From positions 18,829 to 82,828 of the forward strand of contig JAWAAW010000002.1 in the NCBI GenBank assembly GCA_038884975.1: a stretch of DNA of 64,000 bases, read 5' to 3'. The stretch is from Candidatus Woesearchaeota archaeon. GTDB taxonomy: Archaea > Nanobdellota > Nanobdellia > Woesearchaeales > ARS49. Of this stretch, positions 9,243 to 17,783 are shown piece after piece. A model generated the notes under the pieces. The model searched no databases. It was not told where the DNA came from and saw only the letters and a program-made list of their open reading frames with translations. The position numbers were made by a program, and so were the translations under genes. Each line of letters opens with the position of its first letter. Position 1 is the first letter of the stretch.

Positions 9243-11855
9243 ATGGCTTGGTTTGACGAGTCTGTGCCTGCTGTCCTCAGGGAATTGGGTGTTTCTCCTA
9301 CAAAGGGGCTTTCTGATGAGGAGGCAAAGTCAAGGCTTGAGAAGTATGGCAGGAACAGTATTGAGGAAGCGCACAGGATTTCATTGGTCAAGATATTCCT
9401 TAACCAGTTTGCGAGCCCAATAGTGTGGATTTTGCTTGCCGCAATGCTGATTTGTGCTCTGATTCCTGAATGGACTGATTTCTGGGTAATCGCGGCAATA
9501 GTGATCTTGAATGCGATTCTTGGTTGCGTGCAGGAATACCGCGCAGAGGAAGCTATTGAAGCATTGAAAAAAATGGTAAGCCTCAAGGCAAAAGTTTTAA
9601 GGGATGGAAAAGTTGTTGAGATTGATGCTTCTGAAATTGTGCCTGGCGACATTATTTTGCTAGAGACAGGCGACAAGGTGCCTGCTGACGCAAGGCTGAT
9701 TGAGACTATTAATCTTGCCACGCAGGAAGCTGCACTCACTGGTGAATCAACTCCTGTGCTGAAAAACCCTGAGGTATTGCATGACCATGTTGCTGTTGCA
9801 GACCAGCATAATATGGTGTTCTCAAGCACGATCGTCACAAGTGGCAGGGGCAAGGCTGTTGTTGTGACCACGGGGTTAGGAACTGAGATAGGTAAGATTG
9901 CAAAAATGATAAAGGAAGCAAAGGCAGAGCCAACTCCTTTGCAGAAAAAGCTTGCAAGCCTCAGCAAAATGCTTGGAGCTCTCGTAATACTTATTGCGCT
10001 TGTTGTGTTTGGTGCTGGCGTGTTTTACGGCCTGCCTGTTTATGAAATGTTCCTTGCTGCAATTGCATTGGCTGTTGCTGCAATTCCAGAGGGCTTGCCT
10101 GCAGTTGTGACTGTTGCGTTGGCTGTTGGCGTGCAGCGGATGGCAAAGTGCAAGGCCCTTGTCAGGAAACTGCCTTCTGTTGAGACTCTTGGGGCTTGTT
10201 CCGTAATCTGTGCTGACAAGACAGGCACGATGACGCACAATCAGATGACAGTAAAGCACGTTTTTGCAAACCAGGAATCAATACCTGTGTCTGGATCTGG
10301 CTACAGTCCTGTCGGAAGGTTTGCAAAGAATCCTGACCAGTTCAGCATGCTTCTTAAGATTGGCGCCCTGAACAACAATGCTAAGGTTGTGCAGGAAAAC
10401 AATGAATGGAAAGTCATTGGCGACCCTACAGAAGCAGCATTGATTGTGAGTGCCCGGAAGGCAGGCATTAATGTTGAACAACTGAACATGACTTATCCGA
10501 GGCTCAGGGAGATTGAGTTCACGAGTGAACGAAAAATAATGACTACTGTGCACAGGATGGGCGCAAAAATGCTTGTTTGTACAAAAGGCGCGCCGGAGGT
10601 CGTGGTAAGGCTCTGTACAAGGCAGTTGGTTAATGGAAAGATTGTCAGGTTTTCAAGAAGTGATGCTGAAAAAGTGCTCGCAATGAATGAGGCGTATGCG
10701 AACAGGGCGTTAAGGGTTCTTGGGTTTGCGTACAAGCAGGTCGTTCCGGGAAGTAAGGAAAAGCTTGAGTCTGACTTGGTTTTTGTCGGCTTGCAGGCAA
10801 TGATTGATCCTCCAAGAGCAGAAGTCAAGGAGGCAATACAAAAATGTGAGGGCGCAGGTATTAAGGTGGTGATGATTACAGGAGACCATTTGACAACCGC
10901 AAAGGCAATTGCAAAAGAGCTGGGCATGACAGGAAAGGCAATAACCGGTGTTGAGCTTGACCACATAACAGACCTTGAGCCCCTTGTTGAGGAAATCAGC
11001 GTTTATGCAAGGGTCAATCCTGCGCACAAGATTCGCATTGTGGAAGCGCTGCAAAAAAAGGGTCATGTTGTTGCAATGACTGGTGATGGCGTGAATGACG
11101 CGCCTGCGTTGAAGAAGGCAGACCTTGGCATAGCCATGGGTATTACGGGGACAGATGTTGCGAAAGAGGCAAGCGCAATGGTCTTGGCTGATGACAATTT
11201 TGCAACAATTGTTAGGGCTGTTGAGGAAGGCAGGGTTATTTTTGACAACATCAAAAAGTTTGTTGAGTACCTCCTGTCGAGCAATATGGGCGAGGTACTT
11301 ACGCTTTTCATCGGAATACTTCTTGGTTGGCCTTTGCCTGTCACAGCATTGATGATTCTCTGGATTAACCTTGTCACAGACGGAGCTCCTGCACTCGCGC
11401 TCGGCATTGACCCGCCTGAGCCGGGGGTGATGAAAAGGAATCCGAGGAAGATTGAGGAAAACATAGTCAACAAGTCAAGAGGGACAATGATATTGCTGAT
11501 TGGCCTGATTATGATGCTTGGCACCTTGTTCGTGTTTGACCTTTACGAGCCGGATTTGCAATTGGCAAAAGCCCAGACGATGGCATTCACGACGCTGATG
11601 CTTTTCCAGATGTTCAACGTGCTAAACCAGCGCTCTGAATCAGAATCCTTGTTTGTTGTTGGTGTGTTCAGGAATTATTGGCTCTGGCTTGCAATAATTG
11701 TTTCTGTCAGCCTGCAGCTTGCAGTGGTGTATTTGCCGTTCCTTCAGCACTTGTTCGGCACAGTCGCCCTTGGAGCAAAAGACTGGCTCATTGCAGCAGG
11801 CATATCTGCGAGCGTGCTCGTGTTTGGAGAGATTGTCAAACTAATTAGGCGTTAA
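9243..11855 (+). CDS. P-type ATPase, Ca2+-transporting (P2 type)
   Basis: 870 aa; ICADKTGTMT phosphorylation site, PEGLPAVVTVALAVGVQRMAK, MTGDGVNDAPALKKADLGIAMG. Confidence 0.9.
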   Translation: MAWFDESVPAVLRELGVSPTKGLSDEEAKSRLEKYGRNSIEEAHRISLVKIFLNQFASPIVWILLAAMLICALIPEWTDFWVIAAIVILNAILGCVQEYRAEEAIEALKKMVSLKAKVLRDGKVVEIDASEIVPGDIILLETGDKVPADARLIETINLATQEAALTGESTPVLKNPEVLHDHVAVADQHNMVFSSTIVTSGRGKAVVVTTGLGTEIGKIAKMIKEAKAEPTPLQKKLASLSKMLGALVILIALVVFGAGVFYGLPVYEMFLAAIALAVAAIPEGLPAVVTVALAVGVQRMAKCKALVRKLPSVETLGACSVICADKTGTMTHNQMTVKHVFANQESIPVSGSGYSPVGRFAKNPDQFSMLLKIGALNNNAKVVQENNEWKVIGDPTEAALIVSARKAGINVEQLNMTYPRLREIEFTSERKIMTTVHRMGAKMLVCTKGAPEVVVRLCTRQLVNGKIVRFSRSDAEKVLAMNEAYANRALRVLGFAYKQVVPGSKEKLESDLVFVGLQAMIDPPRAEVKEAIQKCEGAGIKVVMITGDHLTTAKAIAKELGMTGKAITGVELDHITDLEPLVEEISVYARVNPAHKIRIVEALQKKGHVVAMTGDGVNDAPALKKADLGIAMGITGTDVAKEASAMVLADDNFATIVRAVEEGRVIFDNIKKFVEYLLSSNMGEVLTLFIGILLGWPLPVTALMILWINLVTDGAPALALGIDPPEPGVMKRNPRKIEENIVNKSRGTMILLIGLIMMLGTLFVFDLYEPDLQLAKAQTMAFTTLMLFQMFNVLNQRSESESLFVVGVFRNYWLWLAIIVSVSLQLAVVYLPFLQHLFGTVALGAKDWLIAAGISASVLVFGEIVKLIRR

Positions 11856-11900
11856 GTTTAAATACGAATAATTCGCAATTCTCTTAAAAAGAGGTAATGA

Positions 11901-13037
11901 ATGAAGAGGTTTTTATTGTTTGCTGCATTTGTAGCGTTTGCTTTTGTTGCAGGCACCAATGCGTATGTTCTGAAGGAACCTGTTGGGTAGGGCTTTGAAA
12001 TAATAACAGGAATGCAGTCATTAAACTCTTCTGAAATGTTGTGTTCTGATTCCGACAATGCTTCAAGTCAAAACCTTAAAATTTATTCAGGACCACAGCT
12101 TACGCCACAATCAAGGCCTGATGTTTTCATAAAAGGGTTTATCAATCACACAGTTTCTGGAAAGCCAACAATTTATCACGACCTGTGAAGGACAGAGGAA
12201 TATCTTGTTGAGAACTTGTGCCAGCGTGGCAAGTACAAAGGGCTGCAGGGCATAACCTGCCCGTATGGCTGCAACAACGGAATCTGCATTGTTCCACCAG
12301 GAAATACCTGCATTGATACTGATAACGGGGTGAAATATGGAATCCAAGGCCAGACAAAAGTGTGTTGGGATAATTACTGTCTTCTCGGCGGGCTTGAAAC
12401 CTGCATTGATACAGCAAACCTTACAGAATCATACTGCACTCCTGAAAAAACAATAAAATGGATCACTTATGAATGCCCGCACGGCTGCGTGAATGGTGCG
12501 TGCGTGGAAGCACCGCTGCCTGTGTGTGAAGGACTTCAAATGGTGTGGGAGCAGGGCAGGCGCGAGAATTACACTTATTCAGCTGACCCTTGCACAGGCT
12601 ACCGCTGCCTCAGGGGCAATGAAATAAGCCCGGAGTGCTATAATGCAGCAACATGCCCTTCTGCATGCACAAATGGAATGTGCGTGTTTATTCCTGAAAT
12701 GAAGAATAAATGCCCGCCGCCTCAACCTATAACTCTACCTCAACCCGTTATTACACCTCAACCAATCACTGAAACAGTCACTTGCTTGTTTGTTTTTCCA
12801 ACAAAGCTTCCTGTGTGCACTTCATCAAAGGGGAGCTGCACTGGTGCACTTGGAAGCAGTTCCACGTGCACTGTTCAGGTTAGCGGGGTTGAGGGGGAGG
12901 TAGTCACTTGGACGTCTGATTGTGGCAATGATGCGAAGCCAGTAACAACCGCAATTAATGGGCAGAACAAGAGTATTGCTTTCATATGCACTCAAATCCG
13001 TATGCCACGAGAGCCAAAGATTCCTTTGTGGCATTAG
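11901..13037 (+). pseudogene. Cys-rich secreted protein gene in one reading frame, interrupted by in-frame TAG (11988-11990) and TGA (12186-12188)
   Basis: ATG 11901 with GAGGT 6 nt upstream and TTTAAATA at 11857-11864. MKRFLLFAAFVAFAFVAGTNA signal peptide, TAG at codon 30, same frame continues (..CSDSDNASSQNLKIY..), TGA at codon 96, same frame continues into track ORF 12216-13037. Confidence 0.45.
12216..13037 (+). CDS. Cys-rich repeat protein (longest uninterrupted ORF of the interrupted gene above)
   Basis: 273 aa; repeated CP[YHS]xCxNGxC(V/I) units (ITCPYGCNNGICI, YECPHGCVNGACV, TCPSACTNGMCV); no signal peptide of its own; TTG start. Confidence 0.5.
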   Translation: MCQRGKYKGLQGITCPYGCNNGICIVPPGNTCIDTDNGVKYGIQGQTKVCWDNYCLLGGLETCIDTANLTESYCTPEKTIKWITYECPHGCVNGACVEAPLPVCEGLQMVWEQGRRENYTYSADPCTGYRCLRGNEISPECYNAATCPSACTNGMCVFIPEMKNKCPPPQPITLPQPVITPQPITETVTCLFVFPTKLPVCTSSKGSCTGALGSSSTCTVQVSGVEGEVVTWTSDCGNDAKPVTTAINGQNKSIAFICTQIRMPREPKIPLWH

Positions 13038-13145
13038 TCTGTCCAGGCTGAATGTTCTATCTGGGCAGAGCAAATCCAGCGAAAACTATTTAAACTTAAA
13101 TGCTGACATGAAGAACAATATCCTGTTTTAAAGGGGTGAACGTGC

Positions 13146-13457
13146 ATGGTCAAAAAACTTGAGTTCAAGGCAACAGTGCCTGTTGAGATGGGGGATGAGA
13201 GTTCTGGTTCGTCAAGGGATATCTGGCTTGCAACATGGGGTGTTGTTGCAGTATTCGTGATAGTGGTTCTTGTGCTGTTCTTCACGGGCAATATTCCAAC
13301 AATGACTGGTGCAGGGGTTACTTTGGTGCCTGAGCAGAATGCATGCCAGCGTGGAAATGCTGTCACTGACATTGCGCGCGCGAACGAGATTATTTCAGCA
13401 GGAGGGGTCTGCACTCAAGGACTCCTGCCGTATGTGAAGTGCTGCTGGTGGCCCTGA
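13146..13457 (+). CDS. Small single-pass membrane protein with Cys-rich C-terminus
   Basis: 103 aa; TM segment WLATWGVVAVFVIVVLVLFF; C-terminal ...GGVCTQGLLPYVKCCWWP. Confidence 0.5.
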   Translation: MVKKLEFKATVPVEMGDESSGSSRDIWLATWGVVAVFVIVVLVLFFTGNIPTMTGAGVTLVPEQNACQRGNAVTDIARANEIISAGGVCTQGLLPYVKCCWWP

Positions 13458-13613
13458 AAGACAGTGTTGCGCTGATGAAAAAGGCTGATTTTTGGTTTGT
13501 TTTCATTGTTTTGTTCATACTTCTTGCCTTATTGCTCTTGGTTATTAACATTCACGGAATCTTTCCAACTCCGCCTGCCATGGGGCTTGCAAAATCATCA
13601 ATCCCTGCGTGAA

Positions 13614-14429
13614 ATGAAAATGAGAAAAACAAGTATTTTTAATGAATGGCTTTTTGCGTGGAAGCTTATTTGGAAAAAGGGATGGTATGTTCCGGCAAGT
13701 GCAGTTCTCGACGTGCTTTTTCTTGTCCTTTATGGCTTTATGACCTCGCAATTGTTTGACAAGCTTACAGAACACGTAATCGTAATAGGAACTCTTCTGA
13801 CAGAACAAATGCGTGCTGTTGCTGACAGGACCAGGCCCGCAATTATTGATGCATTGTTTCAGCCACCCGTGAGCAGGTATACTTGGCAGTTTGTTGCCTT
13901 GCTGGTAATTCTTGCAATTGTCGTTTTTGTGTTGTTCTGCGTGTTTCAGGGGCTTGCTTGGTTTATTGCAGCAAGACTGACTGGCTCAAGGACGCATTGG
14001 AGGAAATATTTGCTTGTTTTTGCGCGCATAAACTTGCTGTGGGCAGGTCTTTATTTTTTCTGGCAGGTTGCTGACACTGTTTTTAATCTTAGGAGGGTTG
14101 CTGTGGAAAAAATTACCGGACAGATAATTGCTGGTTCAGGAATTGTCATGCAAGTTCTTCTTGCTGTTTTGATTTATTTTGCGATTGTTTCTTACGCTTT
14201 GCTCGGAATCAGGAAGGCATTTGTTGTTGGAACAAGAAAAATAATTGTCCTGCTTCCTGCGGTGGTTATTGTTTGTTTGCAATTCTTTATTTGCAATTAT
14301 TTCTTGATAAGGCTTGCGGAAATAAGTCCGAAACTCTCATTTATTATAACCGCAATCGTGCTTGTTTTGCTTCTTGCATGGACAAGGGCATACGCAACTA
14401 TTGTTGTGAGGCAAGCGGCTCATGTTTGA
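13614..14429 (+). CDS. Polytopic membrane protein, same family as 45774-46601 and 54307-55191
   Basis: Track ORF 13497-14429; ATG at 13614 (MKMRKTS) preferred. Aligns with 45774-46601: VLDVLFLVLYGFMTSQLFDKLTEH / LVDLIFVIALTQLHYEVFSKASEH; QGLAWFIAARL / KGILWFIAHNV; LLAWTRAYA / ALAWTRVLW. Confidence 0.65.
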   Translation: MKMRKTSIFNEWLFAWKLIWKKGWYVPASAVLDVLFLVLYGFMTSQLFDKLTEHVIVIGTLLTEQMRAVADRTRPAIIDALFQPPVSRYTWQFVALLVILAIVVFVLFCVFQGLAWFIAARLTGSRTHWRKYLLVFARINLLWAGLYFFWQVADTVFNLRRVAVEKITGQIIAGSGIVMQVLLAVLIYFAIVSYALLGIRKAFVVGTRKIIVLLPAVVIVCLQFFICNYFLIRLAEISPKLSFIITAIVLVLLLAWTRAYATIVVRQAAHV

Positions 14430-15177
14430 GCATTCCATTAACCCTGTTTTTTTAAGCATTGGACCTATTGAGATAAGGTGGTATGGGATTATGTGGGCTG
14501 TTGCCTTTTTGTTTGTTTATTGGTACGTGAGAAGGGCTGCAAGGAAGGGCTTGGTGATGCTTTCTGATGATGATGTTGATTGGCTGATGGTGTGGCTAAT
14601 TGTGGGGGTTATTCTTGGGGCTCGGCTGTTTGAGGTTTTTGTTTGGGAGCCCGGTTATTATTTTGCGAATCCTGCAGAGATAATCGCAATATGGCATGGT
14701 GGTCTTAGCTTTCACGGTGGTCTTGTTGGGGGGCTTGTTGCGGGCTATTTTTTTGCGAGAAGGAAGAAAGTTGGGTTTTTGCGGCTTTGCGACATCTGCA
14801 TCGTGCCCATTGCTCTTGGACAGGTTTTTGGAAGGATTGGTAACTTCATTAATGGCGAACTTTGGGGCAGAATAACAAGCGTGCCCTGGGCTGTCAAGTT
14901 TCCTGGCGCAGAGGGATTCAGGCATCCTTCGCAGCTTTACGAAGCGTTGTATGACTTGGTGATTTTCTTGGTCCTGTTGCCTCTTGCCGGCAGGAAGCAT
15001 CACGATGGATTTATTTTTGGGCTTTTTCTTGTGCTTTATTCTATCTTTCGTTTTGTGACTGAGTTTTTTCGGGAGCCGACAGCTTATGTTCTTGGATTGA
15101 CTCTTGGTCAGGCATTGTGCATTCCAATGCTTGTGTTTGGAATCTGGCTGTTATTTTACTCCAAAAAGTTAAAATAG
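14422..15177 (+). CDS. lgt: Prolipoprotein diacylglyceryl transferase (bacterial-type Lgt)
   Basis: 251 aa; GPIEIRWYGIMWAVAF, WHGGLSFHGGLVGG, GRIGNFINGELWGR and RHPSQLYEALYD match the conserved Lgt blocks; ends TAG TAG. Confidence 0.9.
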   Translation: MFEHSINPVFLSIGPIEIRWYGIMWAVAFLFVYWYVRRAARKGLVMLSDDDVDWLMVWLIVGVILGARLFEVFVWEPGYYFANPAEIIAIWHGGLSFHGGLVGGLVAGYFFARRKKVGFLRLCDICIVPIALGQVFGRIGNFINGELWGRITSVPWAVKFPGAEGFRHPSQLYEALYDLVIFLVLLPLAGRKHHDGFIFGLFLVLYSIFRFVTEFFREPTAYVLGLTLGQALCIPMLVFGIWLLFYSKKLK

Positions 15178-15199
15178 TAGTTATGTTGAGTTGAATTTT

Positions 15200-15544
15200 A
15201 TGTTGAGAATAATCTTGCTTTTGTTTGTGCTTCTTGTTTTTGCGGGCTGCGTTCAGGTTCCTGTGGATGAAACAACGCCTCCTGAGGGAATTCAGGAGCC
15301 TGTTTTTGAGCCGCAGACGATTGCTGCGGAGATGCTTGCAAGAAACACTTCAGGACCAACTCCTCTTGCGCCTTTGCCTGATGAGTCAAAGCCAAGCGTT
15401 CCTGTTGTGAGGCCAAAAGCAATTGTTCCCAACATTACTAACTCATCAGCGATCAACAGAACAGCCCAAATGCAGAAAGGCTGGACAACAGAGCCGATAT
15501 CAATAGAAGAAGGAGAAACGAAATACGTTTACATCAAGCAATGA
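15200..15544 (+). CDS. Putative lipoprotein (lipobox LVFAGC) directly downstream of lgt
   Basis: Track ORF 15191-15544; in-frame ATG at 15200 gives MLRIILLLFVLLVFAG|C, a textbook lipobox; the rest is Pro-rich and unstructured-looking. Confidence 0.65.
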   Translation: MLRIILLLFVLLVFAGCVQVPVDETTPPEGIQEPVFEPQTIAAEMLARNTSGPTPLAPLPDESKPSVPVVRPKAIVPNITNSSAINRTAQMQKGWTTEPISIEEGETKYVYIKQ

Positions 15545-15555
15545 GGTGTTTTTTT

Positions 15556-15804
15556 ATGCCAAAGCACAAGGTTAAGGTGTATTCAACTCCGACATGTCCG
15601 TACTGCCATATGGCAAAGGATTATTTGAAAGAGCATAAGATTGAGTTTGAGGACGTTAATGTTGCAGAGGACAAGGATGCCGCGAATGAGATGGTTGAGA
15701 AAAGCGGGCAAATGGGTGTTCCAGTAATAATTATTGACGAAAAGATAGTTGTTGTTGGGTTTGACAGGGCTGCGTTGAAAAAAGCGCTGGGACTGAAGGA
15801 TTGA
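15556..15804 (+). CDS. Glutaredoxin-like small redox protein
   Basis: Track ORF 15541-15804; MPKHKVKVYSTPTCPYCHMAKDYL (CPYC active site), GVPVIIID. Confidence 0.8.
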   Translation: MPKHKVKVYSTPTCPYCHMAKDYLKEHKIEFEDVNVAEDKDAANEMVEKSGQMGVPVIIIDEKIVVVGFDRAALKKALGLKD

Positions 15805-15971
15805 CTGCAAAACAACAAAGCTTTTAAACCAAATCCTGCTTATTGCGTTCATCAAAGACCAGAGGGGCGTTATTTTTTTCTTCTGACGCCCTGATTTTTT
15901 TTTGTTCAGCTGGCAGTCTAATAAGAAGTTTTTTAAAGCAACAAAGACGACAAATTCTCATTGTGTTTGTT

Positions 15972-16043
15972 GGGCCTGTAGTTCATCGGCAGAACGCACC
16001 CCTCGCACGGGTGAGGCGCCGGGTTCAATTCCCGGCAGGTCCA
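15972..16043 (+). tRNA. tRNA-Ala (anticodon CGC)
   Basis: Hand-folded cloverleaf: GGGCCTG/CAGGTCC acceptor with G3:U70, D stem GTTC/GAAC, anticodon arm CACCC-CTCGCAC-GGGTG, T arm CCGGG-TTCAATT-CCCGG, discriminator A; no encoded CCA. Confidence 0.9.
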
Positions 16044-16101
16044 TTAAGCAGTAAAACCTGCGGTTGTCAACACTTGTTGACCGCCACACGGCAGGTTTAT
16101 T

Positions 16102-16175
16102 GGGCCAGTAGTTCAATCCGGCAGAACGCGCCGCTGGCAGCGGTGAGGCTCCGAGTTCAAATCTCGGCTGGTCCA
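16102..16175 (+). tRNA. tRNA-Ala (anticodon GGC)
   Basis: GGGCCAG/CTGGTCC acceptor with G3:U70, anticodon arm CGCCG-CTGGCAG-CGGTG, T arm CCGAG-TTCAAAT-CTCGG. Confidence 0.9.
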
Positions 16176-16253
16176 TATAAGATCAGCTGTAGTCCTCATT
16201 GCAACTACACATTTTTTTATTATTTTTAACCTTTTTTTAGGTTATTGCTAATG

Positions 16254-16261
16254 TTTATAAA
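16254..16261 (+). promoter_or_regulatory. TATA box (TTTATAAA) 22 nt upstream of ATG 16283
   Basis: Read directly; supports 16283 as a genuine (leaderless) start. Confidence 0.4.
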
Positions 16262-16282
16262 TCATAGAAGGGTATCTGTTAT

Positions 16283-17077
16283 ATGAATGGGTTAGCAAAG
16301 CTTGTAATGGCGGCTGCTCTTGCGCTTGCAGGACCGCAGGGTGCAGTGTCGCGGGAGGGGCAGGAAATTCCGCAAATCTAGAAATACAAGAGCAACCCCG
16401 CAGCGCCGGAATGCAGCCCATCGCCAGATTCTTTATTTTCAATTGGGGTTGATGTTGCTGGCAAGTATGTTGTCCCAACAAGAAAGTCTCTTTCCAGCAA
16501 GATAAAGAGTGAAGCTGATAATCCCACGCTTACTAATCCTGCAACAGGCACCACTTGGTATGGCGACCAGATAGGTGCTTTTGATCCCTGCAATAAGATG
16601 TGGCTTTCTGAAGCCAGCTTGTATGTTAGATACATTCCTGGATTTGACTTCTTCATACGCCCGTATGCCAAGCTTTCTTTGGTTGGGCAATTTGTGAATA
16701 AATCAAAGGAATTCGACACTTTGCACGATAATGATTTGAGGGGTGCAAGCCCGCCGCGCGAGCCAGGAGTATCCTACATTTTCACATCTGAACGCAGACC
16801 ATTTCCACTTTCGCCAGAGCTTGGAGCACAGGTCGATATGACAGATAATTTTAAAATCCTTGTTGGTGTGGGCTATGAACGTGTCGAATGGACTTATTTC
16901 AAGAGTATTAATGGTGGCACAAATTATGATGAGTTTGATAAAACCTGGAATGATGTTTTAAATCTAAGGGTGGGATTTTGCTATAGACCAGGTAATGCTA
17001 CTGAATTTGGTTTTACGACATCCTTTTTGGAAGAGGCAGGACTTGGCGGATACCTTTCAATTAGCTTCAGTTTCTGA
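16283..17077 (+). pseudogene. Signal-peptide protein with beta-barrel-like C-terminal half, interrupted by in-frame TAG at 16379-16381
   Basis: ATG 16283: MNGLAKLVMAAALALAGPQGAVSREGQEIPQI, then TAG. The same frame stays open (KYKSNPAAPECSPSPDSLFSIGVDVAGKYVV...) into track ORF 16598-17077. Confidence 0.45.
16598..17077 (+). CDS. Beta-strand-rich protein ending ...GGYLSISFSF (longest uninterrupted ORF of the gene above)
   Basis: 159 aa; alternating hydrophobic strands (FKILVGVGYERVEWTYF, LNLRVGFCYRPGNATEFGFTTSF, GGYLSISFSF) and C-terminal Phe, reminiscent of bacterial outer-membrane beta-barrels. Confidence 0.45.
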   Translation: MWLSEASLYVRYIPGFDFFIRPYAKLSLVGQFVNKSKEFDTLHDNDLRGASPPREPGVSYIFTSERRPFPLSPELGAQVDMTDNFKILVGVGYERVEWTYFKSINGGTNYDEFDKTWNDVLNLRVGFCYRPGNATEFGFTTSFLEEAGLGGYLSISFSF

Positions 17078-17138
17078 TTTGCAGTTGGTCAACCATAACA
17101 CTTTTAAACCGCCTGCCTTTATTGTTGGTGGAGAGAAA

Positions 17139-17777
17139 ATGAAAAAAGCGGTCTTGTTTGATTTTTGGGGTACGCTTGTTCAGCAGGGCGCGTATTCGCC
17201 GCTCAAGCAGACTTATCGGCTGATGCGTCCACAGATGGTGTTCGGCGAGTTTGTGGAAAAGTTTGAGCGTGCGGTAATGACCAAGCTTTATGATGACCAG
17301 GCGCTGATGTTCAGGGATGCCTTTGAGGCGTTTGGGCTGAGGGCTCCTGATTGGGTTATTGAGAAGCTTATCGGCATTTGGAACAAGAACAAGCTTCTTG
17401 CAAAATTGTATCCTGACACCATGCAGGCATTGGAAATGCTGAAATCAAGAGGAATAAAGACTGCCATTGTTTCAAACACGCCGAAATTGTCTGTTGAGGG
17501 ACTGCTTGAGAAGTTTGGTTTTGACAAGTTTTTTGATGCGGTATGCTTTTCTTACGAGACAGGGCTGCTGAAGACAGATGCTGAAATGTTTGATATTGTG
17601 CTTGAAAAGCTTGGTGTTGGAAAGGAGGATGCCGTAATGGTTGGCGATAGTCTTGAGACAGACATTGTGGGCGCAGAGAAGGCAGGAATAATGGCTGTAT
17701 TGATTGATAGGAAAGGCACTCGTGATTATAAGAATAAGATAAAGAGTTTGGTGGAAATTGAGAATTTTTTGGGGTGA
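17139..17777 (+). CDS. HAD-superfamily hydrolase
   Basis: Track ORF 16995-17777; ATG 17139 gives MKKAVLFDFWGTLV (DxD-type motif I variant), VSNTPK, MVGDSLETDIVGAEKAG. Confidence 0.8.
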   Translation: MKKAVLFDFWGTLVQQGAYSPLKQTYRLMRPQMVFGEFVEKFERAVMTKLYDDQALMFRDAFEAFGLRAPDWVIEKLIGIWNKNKLLAKLYPDTMQALEMLKSRGIKTAIVSNTPKLSVEGLLEKFGFDKFFDAVCFSYETGLLKTDAEMFDIVLEKLGVGKEDAVMVGDSLETDIVGAEKAGIMAVLIDRKGTRDYKNKIKSLVEIENFLG

Positions 17778-17783
17778 TTGTTG

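Noticed and set aside
9161-9967. 268-aa minus-strand ORF.
   Set aside because: It is antisense to the well-supported P-type ATPase gene and has Ser/Ala/Ile-rich low-complexity composition typical of a shadow ORF.
15958-16176. 72-aa minus-strand ORF, plus the 128-aa plus-strand ORF at 15843-16229.
   Set aside because: Both overlap the two well-folded tRNA-Ala genes.
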